Part shown: piece by piece, positions 38,890 through 52,712 of the stretch
How positions within the stretch are numbered: position 1 is the stretch's first letter
Layout: every line of letters starts with the position of its first letter
Assembly: GCA_016748015.1 (NCBI GenBank)
Contig: JAAOMT010000372.1
Coordinates: 496,001-560,000 of the forward strand
Direction: 5' to 3'
Source: Geosiphon pyriformis uo1
Lineage: Eukaryota; Fungi; Glomeromycota
Length of the DNA: 64,000 nucleotides
Translations under genes and position numbers: made by a program
The notes under the pieces: model-generated
The model's input: the letters and a program-made list of their open reading frames with translations, nothing else
What the model was told of the DNA's origin: nothing
The model's database searches: none

Positions 38890-39549
38890 ATGGTTGATAT
38901 GACAAAAAAGATCAGGAAAATAGAAATTATGAACAATATTCATTCACTAGCCCAACAAATTTTTCAATTAATCCAACACCAGGAAATGGAGATTACAATC
39001 AATTAACAAACTATTCATTACAAAAATATGACAAAAAGACCACAACACAAAGCACAAAAAAGACTTAAAAATGTTGTTGACAAGATTATGACCAAGATAA
39101 AATTGGCCATAAAAAAACAATAAATAGTCGGATTACACCAAAAACTTACCAGAGAAATTTGGACTTGGTGAACACAACAATTTCTGAAAAACTATTGTTA
39201 TTTCTACTTGGAACAATACATAAATATCCAGAATTTGTACACCAACAAAACAAAACGGTTATTTGACACAACAATACTGAGAAAACTGAAACAATTTGTG
39301 GGAAAGAACAATTTAAACACATAGGCTCAAGCCATTTACTAGATATATATGGGATTTCAAGACCGACCAGAAATTTTATTCAACACAGCAATAGATACAG
39401 TTATGAGTAATCAATTGGGAAAAATGACCAATGCCCAATTTGAAAAACTACAAACTAAAATAACACAAGTAATACTTGAAAAAGAAGTTCAAGAAATAAT
39501 TCAAGAAAGGAAATTAAAGGAATTAGATTTTGATGGAGCTCAATATTAA
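38890..39549 (+). pseudogene. Gypsy-1 ORF3
   Basis: MVDMTKK...FDGAQY*; collinear with the 29941-30603 ORF, with internal stops. Confidence 0.8.
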
Positions 39550-39562
39550 AAAGAGGGAATAA
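39548..39562 (+). promoter_or_regulatory. Polypurine tract
   Basis: AAAAAGAGGGAATAA immediately before the 3' LTR; equivalents at ~30602-30616 and ~52711-52726. Confidence 0.85.
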
Positions 39563-40451
39563 TGTTACTCATAGAATATAGAAAATATAGTATTATTAGT
39601 TAGTAGAGATTAGCCAATCAGATGTAGACATAGTAAATGTGAAATTCCAGAATTCTTCTTAGAGGAATTGTAGGATTCCAGAAATTTTAGGATTCCCTGA
39701 TGAAAAATTGCAGGATTCCAGAATTCCAGGATTTCTCTCATCAAGAATTGCAGAATTCCAGAAATTTCAGGATTCCTGACACAAGGAATGGAGGAATTGA
39801 GGAATCTCAATTATATATATATAGCAGTAGGATTAGAAGCTGAAAAGACAGACCTTTCAGTTTAGATTTAATCTAAGCAACTCTCCAAATCACAATCATC
39901 TAATAAATAACTATTTGTTATCTCAAATCCATTTCCACTATCAACACTTCATGTTGATAATAATTAACACTTAATTACACTGGAACAATAGCTCTTGATC
40001 ATGGCTATTGACAGAATACTAACTTGCAAATTGCTTTGGCTTATTTCTTTTCTTTCTTTATTTTCTTTTCTTTTCTTTATTTTTCTGCTTTGATTCTATT
40101 GTTGTTTACTAACTCTATTGAGGATTAACACGTGGAACACTAATGTCAGGATAAATGTGACTGGTAAAAGACCCAGAAATAAGGATAGAATACTTGATTG
40201 AGGATAGCTTACCAAGAGGAATACCGGCCATCAAGCTAAGAAAGAAATTGACGAAACTGCAGTTTCGGAAAGCTACAGATAAAACTCTTACCATTGAATC
40301 TCTGTCCATTATACAAAGAACTCAACCAAATTCTTCAGATACAAAACCTTCAGATACCAAACCTTTAGATCATTGACAATGAGAATAGCTTTTAAGCATT
40401 AAGTTATGGGTTTGTTATTTAATTCAACAGCAGAAATAATCACCTGTAACA
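39563..40451 (+). repeat. Gypsy-1 3' LTR
   Basis: Direct repeat of 20119-20984. Confidence 0.95.
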
Positions 40452-42115
40452 CCATGATGCAATACTTGAAAAAATTAACAAAATACTCAAATCATTGATT
40501 CCTTTCACACCTTCACAATGGCATTGGGAAATTGCAGCACATAACTGTATCAAATTTGAGAAATTGTGTACTAACCTCTTTAATGTTATTGAATATTCTA
40601 AAAGTGAAATATACAAGTCTCATACATGTCCTAGTTTTATTGCTGAATTAAATCAATTTCAAGTTCAGATAAAAAAAACACAGTTTGTAAATCCAAATGT
40701 CTCTAATTGTGTTTTTTGTAATATTGACCATAAATAAATATTAAGTGAAAAAATGAAAAAATTCAGTAAAATTGCACAAATAAAAAAAATAGACTTTCTT
40801 AAAGCAAGGTAAATTAAGAAAACATTGTTAGGTACTTGGAAACTAATTTTAATAACAAGTAAAGAAGCAGATCATCAAAAAATATAAATTTGTTAATAAA
40901 ATCACAACTATTACCTATTATTAACTTTCTAATACCTCTTTTAAGTGATTATGTTTTCAAAGTTTATCAAATTAATCGTATGACAGCTTAATAAATATCT
41001 TTTAAGAAGTTAGAAATATATTGTATTGTGTACATTTTTGTTTACCTTGGGTTGGGTGTATTATTATTTATAATTGGCATTTTTAAAACATAATATGTTG
41101 AGTCTAGGTCCAAATCTTCATTCTGTGTAATTATGTTTGGATTATAAAAAGCATTCAACATGGATTTATTTGCCCCAAAAAAGTTAATTTTTAATATATC
41201 TTTAAAACTATTAGTCAAACTTTCATTTGCTAATACTAAATATTGGTTGAATGATGAATATAATTGCTAGTATAGAGCCCTTTTTTAATTGCAGATGCCA
41301 AAGTTGGTGTGAAAATGTATTTATTGGATATATATCAAAATTTTCATGCTCTGAGTTTTATTACTGTTTACATTTCTCTTCCTAAGAAAAGGTAAATTTG
41401 AACTCTATTTTCAGTTGATTTGCTTAAGCAATGTTCCATTAACAAACTTGTTTCCAGAGGATCCCATTGGGCCATTATTCTTGCTTGTAAGTCTGTTAAT
41501 TCTTTCTTCCAATACAGAAAAAAAATAATCTTATTAGCCAAAGTTTAATTCAAAGTAACTTTATCAATACTTAGAGCAACAGTCTTCAAAGCACTACTAG
41601 TCTTTGAAGCACCACCAGTCTTCAAAGCACCAAAAGCAGCAGTACTGTACCATATGTCAACTATTATTAAAACTCTTATAATACTTGCAAACAACAAGCC
41701 AGATATAATAGTTCTGTTATTGTCTACTGATAACAATGGTGGCTTATAAAAAAGAAGAGTAATTGAATGTTATAATATTTCAAAAATTTTGTTTAGTGTT
41801 CTATAATTGTTTCCAGAAACTTCTCTAATTTTTTTTACTATTTTAAAAAGAATAATTTCCATTAACAAATTGGGAAATCTCCCTGACTGTACATGTCTAA
41901 TTAAATATCATATGATTATAGTGTGACTATAGAGAATAGAAATTACTTATATTATGCTAACATATTTGTAAAGATAGGAACTATAAGGAGATATATATAG
42001 TAAAAGTGACTATAAGAAAATAATATTATATATAAATGGTTTTGGTTTTTAAAAAAATGTGATTATAAAAAGATAGTAATTATAACCAGAAAGACTATAG
42101 AGAGAGTTTACTGTA

Positions 42116-43546
42116 TACTTATTAATTGTAAAGTTGAGGTTCCTTATTTAACAATTAGTGGTTCAGATATTTCAATTGCTAAAAAAGGTAAGGCTCATAG
42201 ATACTTAGGAATTTTTTTATCTACTGATGGTCTTTCAAAGCCCAGCCTCACCAAGGCCCAGTTAGATGTAAAATTTTTTGTTAACTTGGTTCTGAGAAAA
42301 ACAGTTTCTAATAAACAGTTTCTCTATTTGGTGTTTGTTGTTTTACAGTCTATTATTAAATATAGATTGCAGTTTAGTCATACTTCTGTAAATGTTTGTG
42401 AGAAATAAGATAGGCTGCTAAAAAAGGATTTGAAGCTCAAGACCAACTTGCCCAGAGATTTCCCCAATGAAGCCATTTCATATCTTGAATTATATGGTCT
42501 TAAGATCTTTAGGCAGTTGCAAGCCAAAAACTCTTTGGCTAATTTGGTACTGTTTGCCAATTCGAAAAGTGTTTTTGGCAGATTATTTGAACATAGGACA
42601 ATAGATCTGTAGGCTGTTAGTTGGATGCCCTGGCAACCTCTTAGTTTTCCAGTTGTGTTGTCATTAAATCCTGTGAATTTTTTTTTAGTTGACATGACCA
42701 ACACTCTGGCATCATATAGGCTCTTCTTGGGCAATGTTTTGTCAAATGTTTTCTGAGCTGGTAGTGACATACCTGTTGCTGACATTTTGGATTTGAATTA
42801 GTATATGAGTGTGATTGATTCACTAAAAAAGTTTGGCATCATTTTTGTAAACCAGCTTTTAGACTATTATGGTACATGTTTTACATGGAGTAATTTTCAC
42901 AGATAAAAAAAACTGGATCTAAAAAGTCCAGCTCCTGGTTGGTTTAGTGTATTAACAAAATTCATTGGAAGTGGTGGTTTGGTCAGTGGTCATGTTCTAG
43001 TTTCTGATCTAGCTTCTGGTGGTTGCTTAGTTAGTCTAAGTTCTATTAGTAAATGTCTTCTTGAAAATGCTTCAGATGATGTAGTGGTTTATATTGATGG
43101 TTCAGTTAAAGGTTTGGGTTCTATAAGTGCTCATAGTAGTACTGCTGCTTATTTTTTTAATATTGATAATGATATAAGAGTTGGTGTGAGTGGCTTGCTT
43201 TTATTAATTCTGACTAAACTACATGTCATTGCTTTTACTTTGGAGTGTGTTCCTGTTTCCAGTTTGGTTACTCTTTTTACAGACAGTCAAGCATCTTTGA
43301 ATGCTTATATCTCTTTTAAAAATTCTACTGGTCTCAATTTTTGTGATAAATATTGGATTGAAAAAGAGTGAATCCAGCAGATTATCATATCAAAAAACTT
43401 GTTGATAGTCTGGAACAAAATCAAGGGCCACTCTGGGGTTTATGGCAGTGAGCATGTTGATTTATTAACCAATGCTGCTATTGGTTCTGATATCATGCTA
43501 CCTGTTGAAATGTCCTGCCATTTTTTGTCTATTAAAAGAAAGTCTG
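42116..43546 (+). pseudogene. LINE-A ORF2 part 3 (RT C-terminus and RNase H)
   Basis: HRYLGIFL; VYIDGSV; FTDSQASL; KIKGHSG. Confidence 0.88.
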
Positions 43547-44396
43547 TATTATTCATAAAAAAAAAACAGATATAGAGAAATAGTAGACTAATAAGCAAAT
43601 AGTATGTAGCACATGAGCACATTGCTCAGCAATGTAAAGCAATAACAGAAATCATAGCACATTGCTCGGGAATGTAAGCAATCTCATAGAACATCAATTA
43701 TGTATATATAGTGGCAATATTAGAAATAAAAATGGCAGAATCTTTCCATTAGAGACCTCTCAGTTTAGATTTTATCTAAACAACTTTCCTTTTACAAATA
43801 TTAATAAATAATTATTCTCCATTTTAATCCCCTCTTTACTATTAACACTCCATGTTGATAGCAATTGATACTTAACAACACTGAAACAATAGCTCTTAAT
43901 TATGGCTATTAACAGATACTAACTTGCATATTGTCTTGGCTCATTTCTTTATTTTTCTTTTATTTTCTTTTCTTGATTTTATTGTTGTATACTAACTGAT
44001 TAAGGATTAAAGTACTAAGTAATTAATGTCACAGATAGTCTGGTAAAAGACCCAGAAATAAGGGTAAAATTATATATATTAATGAATAGCTTATCAGAAG
44101 GGCACGAATGCCAGAATAAACTGGCCACCAAGCTGAAGACAGAAATTGAGAACACAACTTACCAACCAATTACATCATCATTAAATCTCTGTCTATTATA
44201 CAAAAGACTCTAAATTAAAACCTTCAGATAAAGACAACATATCAATATTACCCCATCATCTATTAGAGTAAATACTAAGCACCAAGTTACAGATTTGTTA
44301 TTTGATTTAAGATCCCAAATAATTATTTGTAACATTTGGTGCTTTCTGTAAGGTATAATTTTACAGAGAACCAGCACCATCAACAATCATCAAAAA

Positions 44397-47300
44397 GTGG
44401 CAAAATCAGAAATCATAGAGACAAACTATTTAAGATTCGCCAAATCCTTATTTTAACAGTACAGTCAACCATTAGGATTGAACAATAATCATTTTCTAGC
44501 AGAATCAGCCTTTAACTTTTACATCAATGATAAAATTACAGATTGCTTAAAAGAAACAGTTAACATTGAATCAGCAAGAGAAAACTTCTATACAGAATTA
44601 TTTCAACATACCAGCTTACCAAGAAATTACAGTTTCGCACCAATTATTAGGGAAATCAATTAAACTATTGAAAAGTATATACAATAACAATTTCCCATCA
44701 CCTATGCAGATAAAGACAAAGGAAGATTGCAAACCCCAGCAGTAATACCAAAACAAATACAACCACCCAATTGGAAGAAAACCTGAGTTGAATCACTCAC
44801 TCATTTATCATACCATTATATGCCTAGAAGTACCATCAACATCTCATTAACAGATGCATCCATATCAAATGTGACATCAACCTTTGGATGCTTTTTATTT
44901 TAAAGTAAACAATAAAAAACAGAGTTATTAGGACCATATGGCGATTACTTTGAAGGATTTAAATCGTGATCGCCAATACCATCAGGATTCTGATCACTAC
45001 TACCTCAGCCAGATTTCAGAACCATGAGTCTCTAAGAAATAACAAAATTGGAAGAGGAACAGAAAGAAGAAGAAGAATCTGAAGATCAAGAATTTACTTA
45101 CTAGAACCCGATTACAGAAAACCCAGACATTGGAACCCCAAACTTTCAGACTCAGCAAAATCTAAATTTAGAAAATCTGGAAATTGAAACTCTGAATTTT
45201 CAAATACAGCACAATCAGAATGATTAAAACCCTGACATTAATAATCAACAACACTTACCTTCAATAATTGTGATCAATCCACCTCCAGCTCCACCAATTA
45301 ACAAACAGTAACAACAGCCACTTCAACCACCTCAACAACCACAGCAGCTGCTTCCACAGCCACAACAACAACTTTAACAACCAAACTTGAATCCAATGGC
45401 CTATGTTCCAATAGCAAAACTCGAGAAATTCATTGGCGAAAAGAACAATGCCCAAGTATGGCTTAACAACGTAGAAAAAACCATAGTGGCTAATGAATGG
45501 AATGACACCAAAGCCATGCAAGCCATCTTATATTTTTTCCAGAATACAGCTGATTTATGGTATCAAAGCCTAGTCAACAAATCCCAAGATTTTAATGCAT
45601 TTAAAATTGAGTTCTTAAGATACTTCAGTAACAATAACAGCATTAACAGGCTAGTAAACATCTTCACTACCATCAAACAAGAAGAAAATAAAGCAGTTAC
45701 TACTTATTTAGGATGCTTCCACAGGAATCTGCACCAGATCCAAGCCATCAATGCCAATTATTTTACAATGACTCAGATCCTAAATCAGTTTATTCACAGA
45801 TTATGCAGTAATATTCTGCAATGGATATGTTCAATGCATCCTATCAATCTACAAGCAGCTGTCACAAATTCCAGAGATTTTGAAGTCACTGAATTAGAAG
45901 CCAACCACACCCAAGCCATTAATCTAGCAATGAATAGATCATCTGAATTGGATACCAAATTGAAACAATTTAGTAATTCTATTAATCAAAAATTAGAGAA
46001 ATACTTAGCTAACAATCATGCAATTTATCAATCACCACAATGATACAATAATTCTGGAAATGCGAATTGTTTCTAGAATTAGTTGCATCCATTATCGTTG
46101 ACTAATTAACTGTAACAACAGGAAACACGTGTTTGCCACTATTATGATAAACAAGAACACCTACAAATTAATTGCCACTATTGCTTAAATAACTAATAAT
46201 TGGGAAATCAATATCAAAACCCCGATCACCAGTTTCAAATTATGAATAATCCACCAAACTCAGAGCCATATTATTAGACTTACTTACCTATAATGCAGCA
46301 GTCACCTTATCAACTACCAGTATATCAAACACCAATTTATTAACCAATAACACTAGCAATTTATCAACCGCAGCCACAACCCATTTATTAGTCGCAGTTT
46401 CAGATAATCTATTAGCCCCAACAAATTCAAACACCGCCACAGAATTTACCTCAAAATGGAACCCAAAGGCCAAGATTGACTCAACAAAGCTAGAAATTGT
46501 TGATGGTAGTCCACCAACTGATCTCCAGTTCTTCCACACAACCAGCAGAATCTCAACAATAGAATTTGGGCACCAAATATGCCCAAAACCCAAATTCCCA
46601 GAACTATTTAAGTCTACTGGTTACCCCAGAAAACACTCAACCCAATAACCCGGAAACCAATCAACACCAAATACTTACCAGTAATATTCTGCCAGCTACT
46701 ATCACCGAGAACAAATTACTGAATGCCATCTTTCCGTTTGAACTCAAAGAACCATCAACTATGCTGTTATTTAGTGGAGCTGCTCTGAAAAAAAAACCTA
46801 TTACTGCCATGTACACTGATGCCAAAGTTGATGGCCACTTCATCAAATTGATCTTAAACAGTAGATTAGCTGGCAGCATTATTACAAAACTGCTCATGGA
46901 CCAATTAGGTCACTGAGTTAATTGTGCTGCCAGTGCTAGGATCATAACTGCTGATGGAGCAACCAAAACTCCCATTGGTAAGATTGATGACTTCCCTTTT
47001 GAAGTCAATGGCATCATCATTCCCATTAAAGTCCTAGTAATGAAAGCAACCCAATATCAGGCATTAGTAAGAAATAACTGGTTATCTAAAACCAATGCCA
47101 TACTGGACTGGATGACACAGAAGCTCCAACTAAGCCAAAACGGTCAACACACATGTGTACCAGCCACGTGTAGCCACTTCAAGACCACTAACTCAACAAC
47201 ACCACTCATCAAATTTGAGGAAGAAGAAAAAAAACCTACCTGGAAAGCCTACCAAGTTTCCTGGGCTGACACAGAACACAATGAGCTGCTGCCAGTATTT

Positions 47301-50300
47301 TTATGGGATGACAACAGCAAAGGAAAACTAAGAAGAACTTATCTGGAATGCTGACCAAGAATGAGAAACCAACTATGATTCAGAAGAACCAACAGTTTGG
47401 AAATAAAAAGAAAAGACAAAAAGAAAAGGAAAGGGGAAGAAAGAAGAATCAATATTCACCAACAACACCCCTTATAATTCCTACAATACACCACAACAAT
47501 CTGCTTATTATCGCCCAAAACTAGTGTGTGTTGATTGCAGCAAGAAATTGTTGTCAATGGGTGCTTGCTGTGACAATAATAAGGAGTATAATTTGGCAAC
47601 TAAATTTTATTGTCATTTATGTGTCCTTGAACATTTTGGAAGACCAAAACAAATAGAAAAATGGAATAATGAATCCTACTTGGCTTGTGGAGAAACTCTT
47701 CTGGATGAAGGAATATGGAATAACATTCTTGGGTGAGGGGGAACATGCAACAAATTGTGTCAATACATGATTCTCATAAGTGACTGGGTAAGAAAAAAAA
47801 TGCCCATAGACACTGCCTAGAGACAAGCTGTCAAATGTCTGGACAGGTGTTCACACAATAATGATGAAATCTAGTGAATGGCACTCGCCAAGATCAAAAG
47901 AGTGACCTCTAAAGAAATAAAAACAATTAAAAATAACCCACCTAAACCTATAAAACTTGACTGAGACCCAAAACAAGTCATAAATCTCCTAAATCCAGAA
48001 CAATTCTATGAACATTATCAAGAACTAACACCTACCAGAGAAGAACAAGAGCAGTGTTTGGAGCAGTTGAATATTCAATTATGTTAACATTGCTTAATTC
48101 CCTGTGACTTTTAATATTGTAATGAGTGTGACCTTATCTACAATCCATCACCATGCATGATCTACACAATCTCAGAAGAAAAACCAATCAGCAGCTGCAT
48201 ATCGGAATCAGAATCAGTTTTTAATCCCAATTCAAACTCTGACAACAATGACAACAAAAACACTGGTTCCAGTTCTGCACAATATGGCAATAAAAATATT
48301 AATGATTCAGGCTCTGATTCAAACTCTGAAATATACATTGCACTTCCTGATCTCTCTAAGGAGCAAGAACTCAAATAGTATAGTAACAATAATAAAGGTA
48401 TTATGCCAGAACATACGCATGATATCAATGCAGAGAAAAGAAGCCATCAAATTAAAACCAAATTTGTACACATGTATTGATCTCAAAATAGCTTTAGAAA
48501 TTTTAGCAACAACCATAGTTCAATTAGCATCTAGGAGTAGTTTAGCGAAAAAAGGAATCAACATCAGAGAAGGAATAATTGATGCAAAATATATAAGAAA
48601 TATCATCACTATGCTACAAAATAACTCGGAAAAGGCCTATATTATAGAGCCAAATAAAAAGATAGCACAAGCAATATTCTTACCTCTGGTAAAAATAGCT
48701 CAGTTAGTTTCAGTAGAAAAGAGGGAAGAACTAGATATAACAGCAAGAGGGATATAGGGATTCAGATCAATGGGTAGAATAGATATACTAGTCAATATGA
48801 CAAAGGAAAAAATGATTGACAAAGGAGAAATTATCTCAACTTATCAATCAATTTCTATTCTATCATATGATCAGTATATGTTAACTATAAAAAGAGAAGT
48901 AAAGAATCAAGCTCAATTGTTTGAAGCAGAAGCCACCATTTGTAAATCAGGAGAGATTGGACTTACTAATCTCTACATATCAGCCAAAAGCCCCAAAAAC
49001 ATCAAAATTCCCATTTACAACACAACTGGAAAGGTTGTCAAAATACCAAAGAGAACCATCATTGGATATTTAACCACTGAAGTTGAAGATCAACCACCAA
49101 ATTACATTCCAGATTTTTCACAACTTTGTGAATATGTGGATATCACATCACAAACCATCTATGGACAGAGTAAATGTTATCTGCTCCAACTGAAACAATT
49201 GAAACAGATAAACATGGGGAATTTAGACCCACTTCAACAGATATAATTAAAAATGTTACTCAGCAATTTCAATGACATTTTTGCTAGTGAAAATGAATTT
49301 GGCCACACCGACATTATCCAACATCAGATCAAGACTGAAAATACAATGCCAATTAAACAAAGAGCATACAGAGTACCATCAACTAGCCATGAGATTATTT
49401 ATCAAGAAATTAACTGAATGTTTAACAATGGGCTAATTTAGCCATTAATGAACCCATGGTCATTACCAGTAGTACTAGTCCAGAAGAAAAATGGAAAGAT
49501 CCATTTCTGTGTGGATTATCAGAAACTGAATGAAGTGACTAAAGATGATAGCTATCCAACTCCAAAGATCTAAGAACTATTCGATGCTTTTGGAGAAAAT
49601 AAATGGTTTTCAATACTGGATTTAGATAGTGGTTACTGGCAAATAGTTATAAATCCAGCCAACAAAGAAAAAACAGCATTTACCACAAAAGAGAGAAATT
49701 TTGAGTTTGAAGTCATGCCATTTGACTTGATGAACACTCCAGCAATATTCCAACAGCTCATAAAAATTGTCTATACTGGATTACTATGGAAATCAGTAGT
49801 CGTATACTTGGATAACACCAATGTGTTCTCAAAAACATTTGATGATCATCTGCATCATCTCCAACAAGTGTTTGAAAGATTAAGAAGAGTCGGACTAAAG
49901 CTAAATGTGACCAAATGTTTCTTTGGAAAAACTGAATTCAAGTTTTTGGGACATATGGTGAGCAAAGATGGAATCAAAACAGATTCAGACAAGATTGAAA
50001 TTTTCAAGAACTTTCTAATACCAAATAATCTCACAGAATTGAGAGAATTCTTGGGATTTGCCAGATACTACTACTGCTTCATCAAGAACTTTTCCAAAAT
50101 AGCTCAATTACTACACCAACTCCAAACAAAGAATATGAAGTATAAATGGACAAAAACTCAACAAGAAGCTTTTGATATATTAAGAAGAAAGCTTATCTAA
50201 GCTTCAGTATTGATGTATCCAGACCACAGCAAACCATTCATAATCACCACTAATACATCAGGCCAAGCATTGGGAGCAGTACTTTCACAGAAAGAACTCA

Positions 50301-50608
50301 ATGGAAAAGAACATCTAGTACCTTATGCCAGTAGAAGCTTAAGTCCAGCTGAAAAGAACTATGGAACTCCAGCATTAGAACACTTAGCTATCTATTGGGC
50401 TGTCATCAAATGGAAGAAATACTTGAGTCAAAAGTTTGAAGTGTACACTAATCACAAAGGATTGACTTCAATCTAGAAACAAAAATTTGCAGATGATCAC
50501 CATGCCAGATGGAAAATAAAACTTTCACCATTCAATTATACAGTACATTATAAAAAGAGAAAAGACAATGGAAATGCCAACAGATTGTCATAAATAAGAC
50601 AAATCTAA
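44397..50608 (+). pseudogene. Gypsy-3 ORF1 polyprotein (Gag-PR-Cys-rich-dUTPase-RT-RH)
   Basis: Gag (45387), PR (46566, 47040) and the knuckle share one frame; dUTPase at ~48403-48775 with motif 1 deleted; RT YLDN. Confidence 0.92.
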
Positions 50609-50639
50609 AAACATTTCAACCCAAAAATATAACAAAAAG

Positions 50640-52016
50640 ATAAACACACAAAAATACTAACAACTCCAGCATTATATAAATACTCAATTGTTCAAGGAGA
50701 AATTATCTCATAAAAAACAAAACAACATAAAACAACAATCAAAATATTTCATCAATTATCAAAATATACTTTACCAGAAAAACATAAAAAATCCAGACCA
50801 ACCAACCAAAGTAATTACAGAATCAGAAAAAGAAACAATATTGTTCAACATGTACTCAGATCTAACAACAGGACATTTTTACAAAGAAGCAACCATGGAA
50901 AGAACCAGAAAAAAATATTATTGACCATTAATGTATCTGGATATCATCCAATATATTCAAAACTGTGATGCTTGCCAAAGAAGAGGAGAAACAAAATCCA
51001 GTGAACCACTAAGACCAATCAAAGTGGAACAACCATTTGATTGCATTGGAATTAACTTAGTCAGACCATTAACAATCACCAGCAGAGGCAACAGATATAT
51101 CACAGTAGCCATGGACTATCTTACTAAATGACCAGAAGCAAAAGCCATTCAAAAAGCAGATGCAAAATCTGTTGCCAAATTCGTTTATCAAGATTTAATT
51201 TGTTGACATAGATGTCCAAAAGAACTATTATTAGATCAAGGAACTCACTTTGTGAACAGAACATTAGCAGAATTAAGTCAAAGATTTGGAATCAAAAGAC
51301 CATTATTATTATCATACTATTCACAAACAAATGGGTTAGTTGAGAGGTTTAATAGAACATTGTGTAAAGCAATTGCCAAGATCAGTCAAAAAAATCAGGA
51401 TGAATGGGATTTGTTCATATCATCAGTATTATTTGCTTATCAGACAATGAAGCAAGACACTATACAAGCAATACCATTTGAATTAGTATATGGTAGAACA
51501 GCAACATTATCAGTTGAGATAAAAGTTATCACTTATCCAACAGAACCAATAACTGAAGACAATTTTCAGGAAACGTTGCTAAAAAGAACATATGACTTAA
51601 TGGAAAAATTAGAAAATAAATGGTGAAAAGCAGCTAATAACATTCAAAAATCACAAGAAAAACAAAAAGAAAGACATAATAATCAACTACTAGACAGACC
51701 AGTTGAATTCAAAATTGGAGACAAAGTACTTTTACATCGTACCAAAGTGAAAAAACAATGGAGTAAACAATTTGACCCCAAATAGGATGGACCATTTCAC
51801 ATAAAAGAAATTCTTGGAAATGAAGCTTATAAATTAAGATGAGACAACAAAATCTTAGCCAAAGCAGCACATGGTGATCGACTGAAATCATATCACCAAA
51901 TAGCATTATCATCCACCAATAACATTCCACAATTAGGAGTACAATAAATACTAGTCCAACCAGATGAAATTCCACAAGATCTGAAACCAATCATAATTAT
52001 TGGACCAAACACATAA
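50640..52016 (+). pseudogene. Gypsy-3 integrase, separate ORF (ATG mutated to ATA)
   Basis: AAAG ATA AAC ACA CAA aligns with the ATG of the other copies; HHCC and rve motifs present. Confidence 0.88.
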
Positions 52017-52054
52017 AATCAAACAATAAAAAAGTATATAAAGACACAGTATAT

Positions 52055-52712
52055 ATGACAAAAACAACCAAGAAAAATGGAAATACCAGATTATATTCAC
52101 ACCATAGCTTAATAATTATTCCAGACCTTAAGTCAACAATCTTTAAACATAGAAATTATCATTAACAACCAAACAATTTGCTATCAAAACACCAAAAGAA
52201 GAACAAAAAATACATCATATCAGCAGTTACCAAAAAATGATAAAAACTGGTCAGATAACATAATAAGAAAAGTAAAGAACACTTTTGGGAAAAAACTTAT
52301 TATGACACCAACAGAAAAACTTACAAAAAAGAATTGGAAGCAATAGACAGAACAACTTCCAATATCATACTATTACTACCAGTTAGATCAAAAGTTGAAT
52401 ATTCAGGAGTTATATATCAACAAATCTGAGAAAATATTTAACCAAAACATAATACAGCAAATTAAAGAATTTATTGGAAAGAAAACAAACTCAACACTAT
52501 ATGTGAAAACAATTTACCAACTGCACAACATATTTCAGAACTATCCAGAAATATTATTATACTCTGACATGGAAACCATAACCATTAACCAATGAGAAAG
52601 AATAAACAATGTACAAGTAGAAGACATAAAAAATAAAGTTAAACAAACAATACTAAAAAAAGAAGTATTAGAGCTAATTCAAAATGAAGATTTCGATAGA
52701 GCTTAATATTAA
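52055..52712 (+). pseudogene. Gypsy-3 ORF3 (diverged)
   Basis: PEILLYSDMETITINQ..; C-terminus FDRA*Y* is a mutated FDGAQY*. Confidence 0.75.

Larger units (their letters stand above)
20119..40451 (+). mobile_element. Gypsy-1: full-length Ty3/Gypsy LTR retrotransposon (contains Gypsy-2)
   Basis: LTRs TGTTAC..GTAACA at 20119-20984 and 39563-40451; 4-bp TSD CCAT (20115-18 / 40452-55); PBS and PPT present; domain order PR-RT-RH-IN. Confidence 0.95.
17554..42113 (-). mobile_element. pogo/Tigger-like Tc1-mariner DNA transposon (~4.2 kb without the nested LTR elements)
   Basis: TIRs (T)AGTAAACTCTCTTTATA at 17554 and TATAGAGAGAGTTTACTG ending at 42113; TA TSDs at 17552-53 and 42114-15. Removing it restores LINE codons GTA GCT ATA CTT ATT AAT. 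Subterminal GACTATA repeats occur at both ends. Confidence 0.9.

Noticed and set aside
40194-40376. Small LTR ORFs (also 53334-53516, 20195-20398, 39610-39810)
   Set aside because: Starts, frames and lengths are not conserved among the six LTRs.
4166-48775. thyA + folA + three dUTPases as a functional thymidine-metabolism cluster
   Set aside because: The dUTPases belong to independently inserted retrotransposons and thyA/folA are dead; co-location is best explained as chance.
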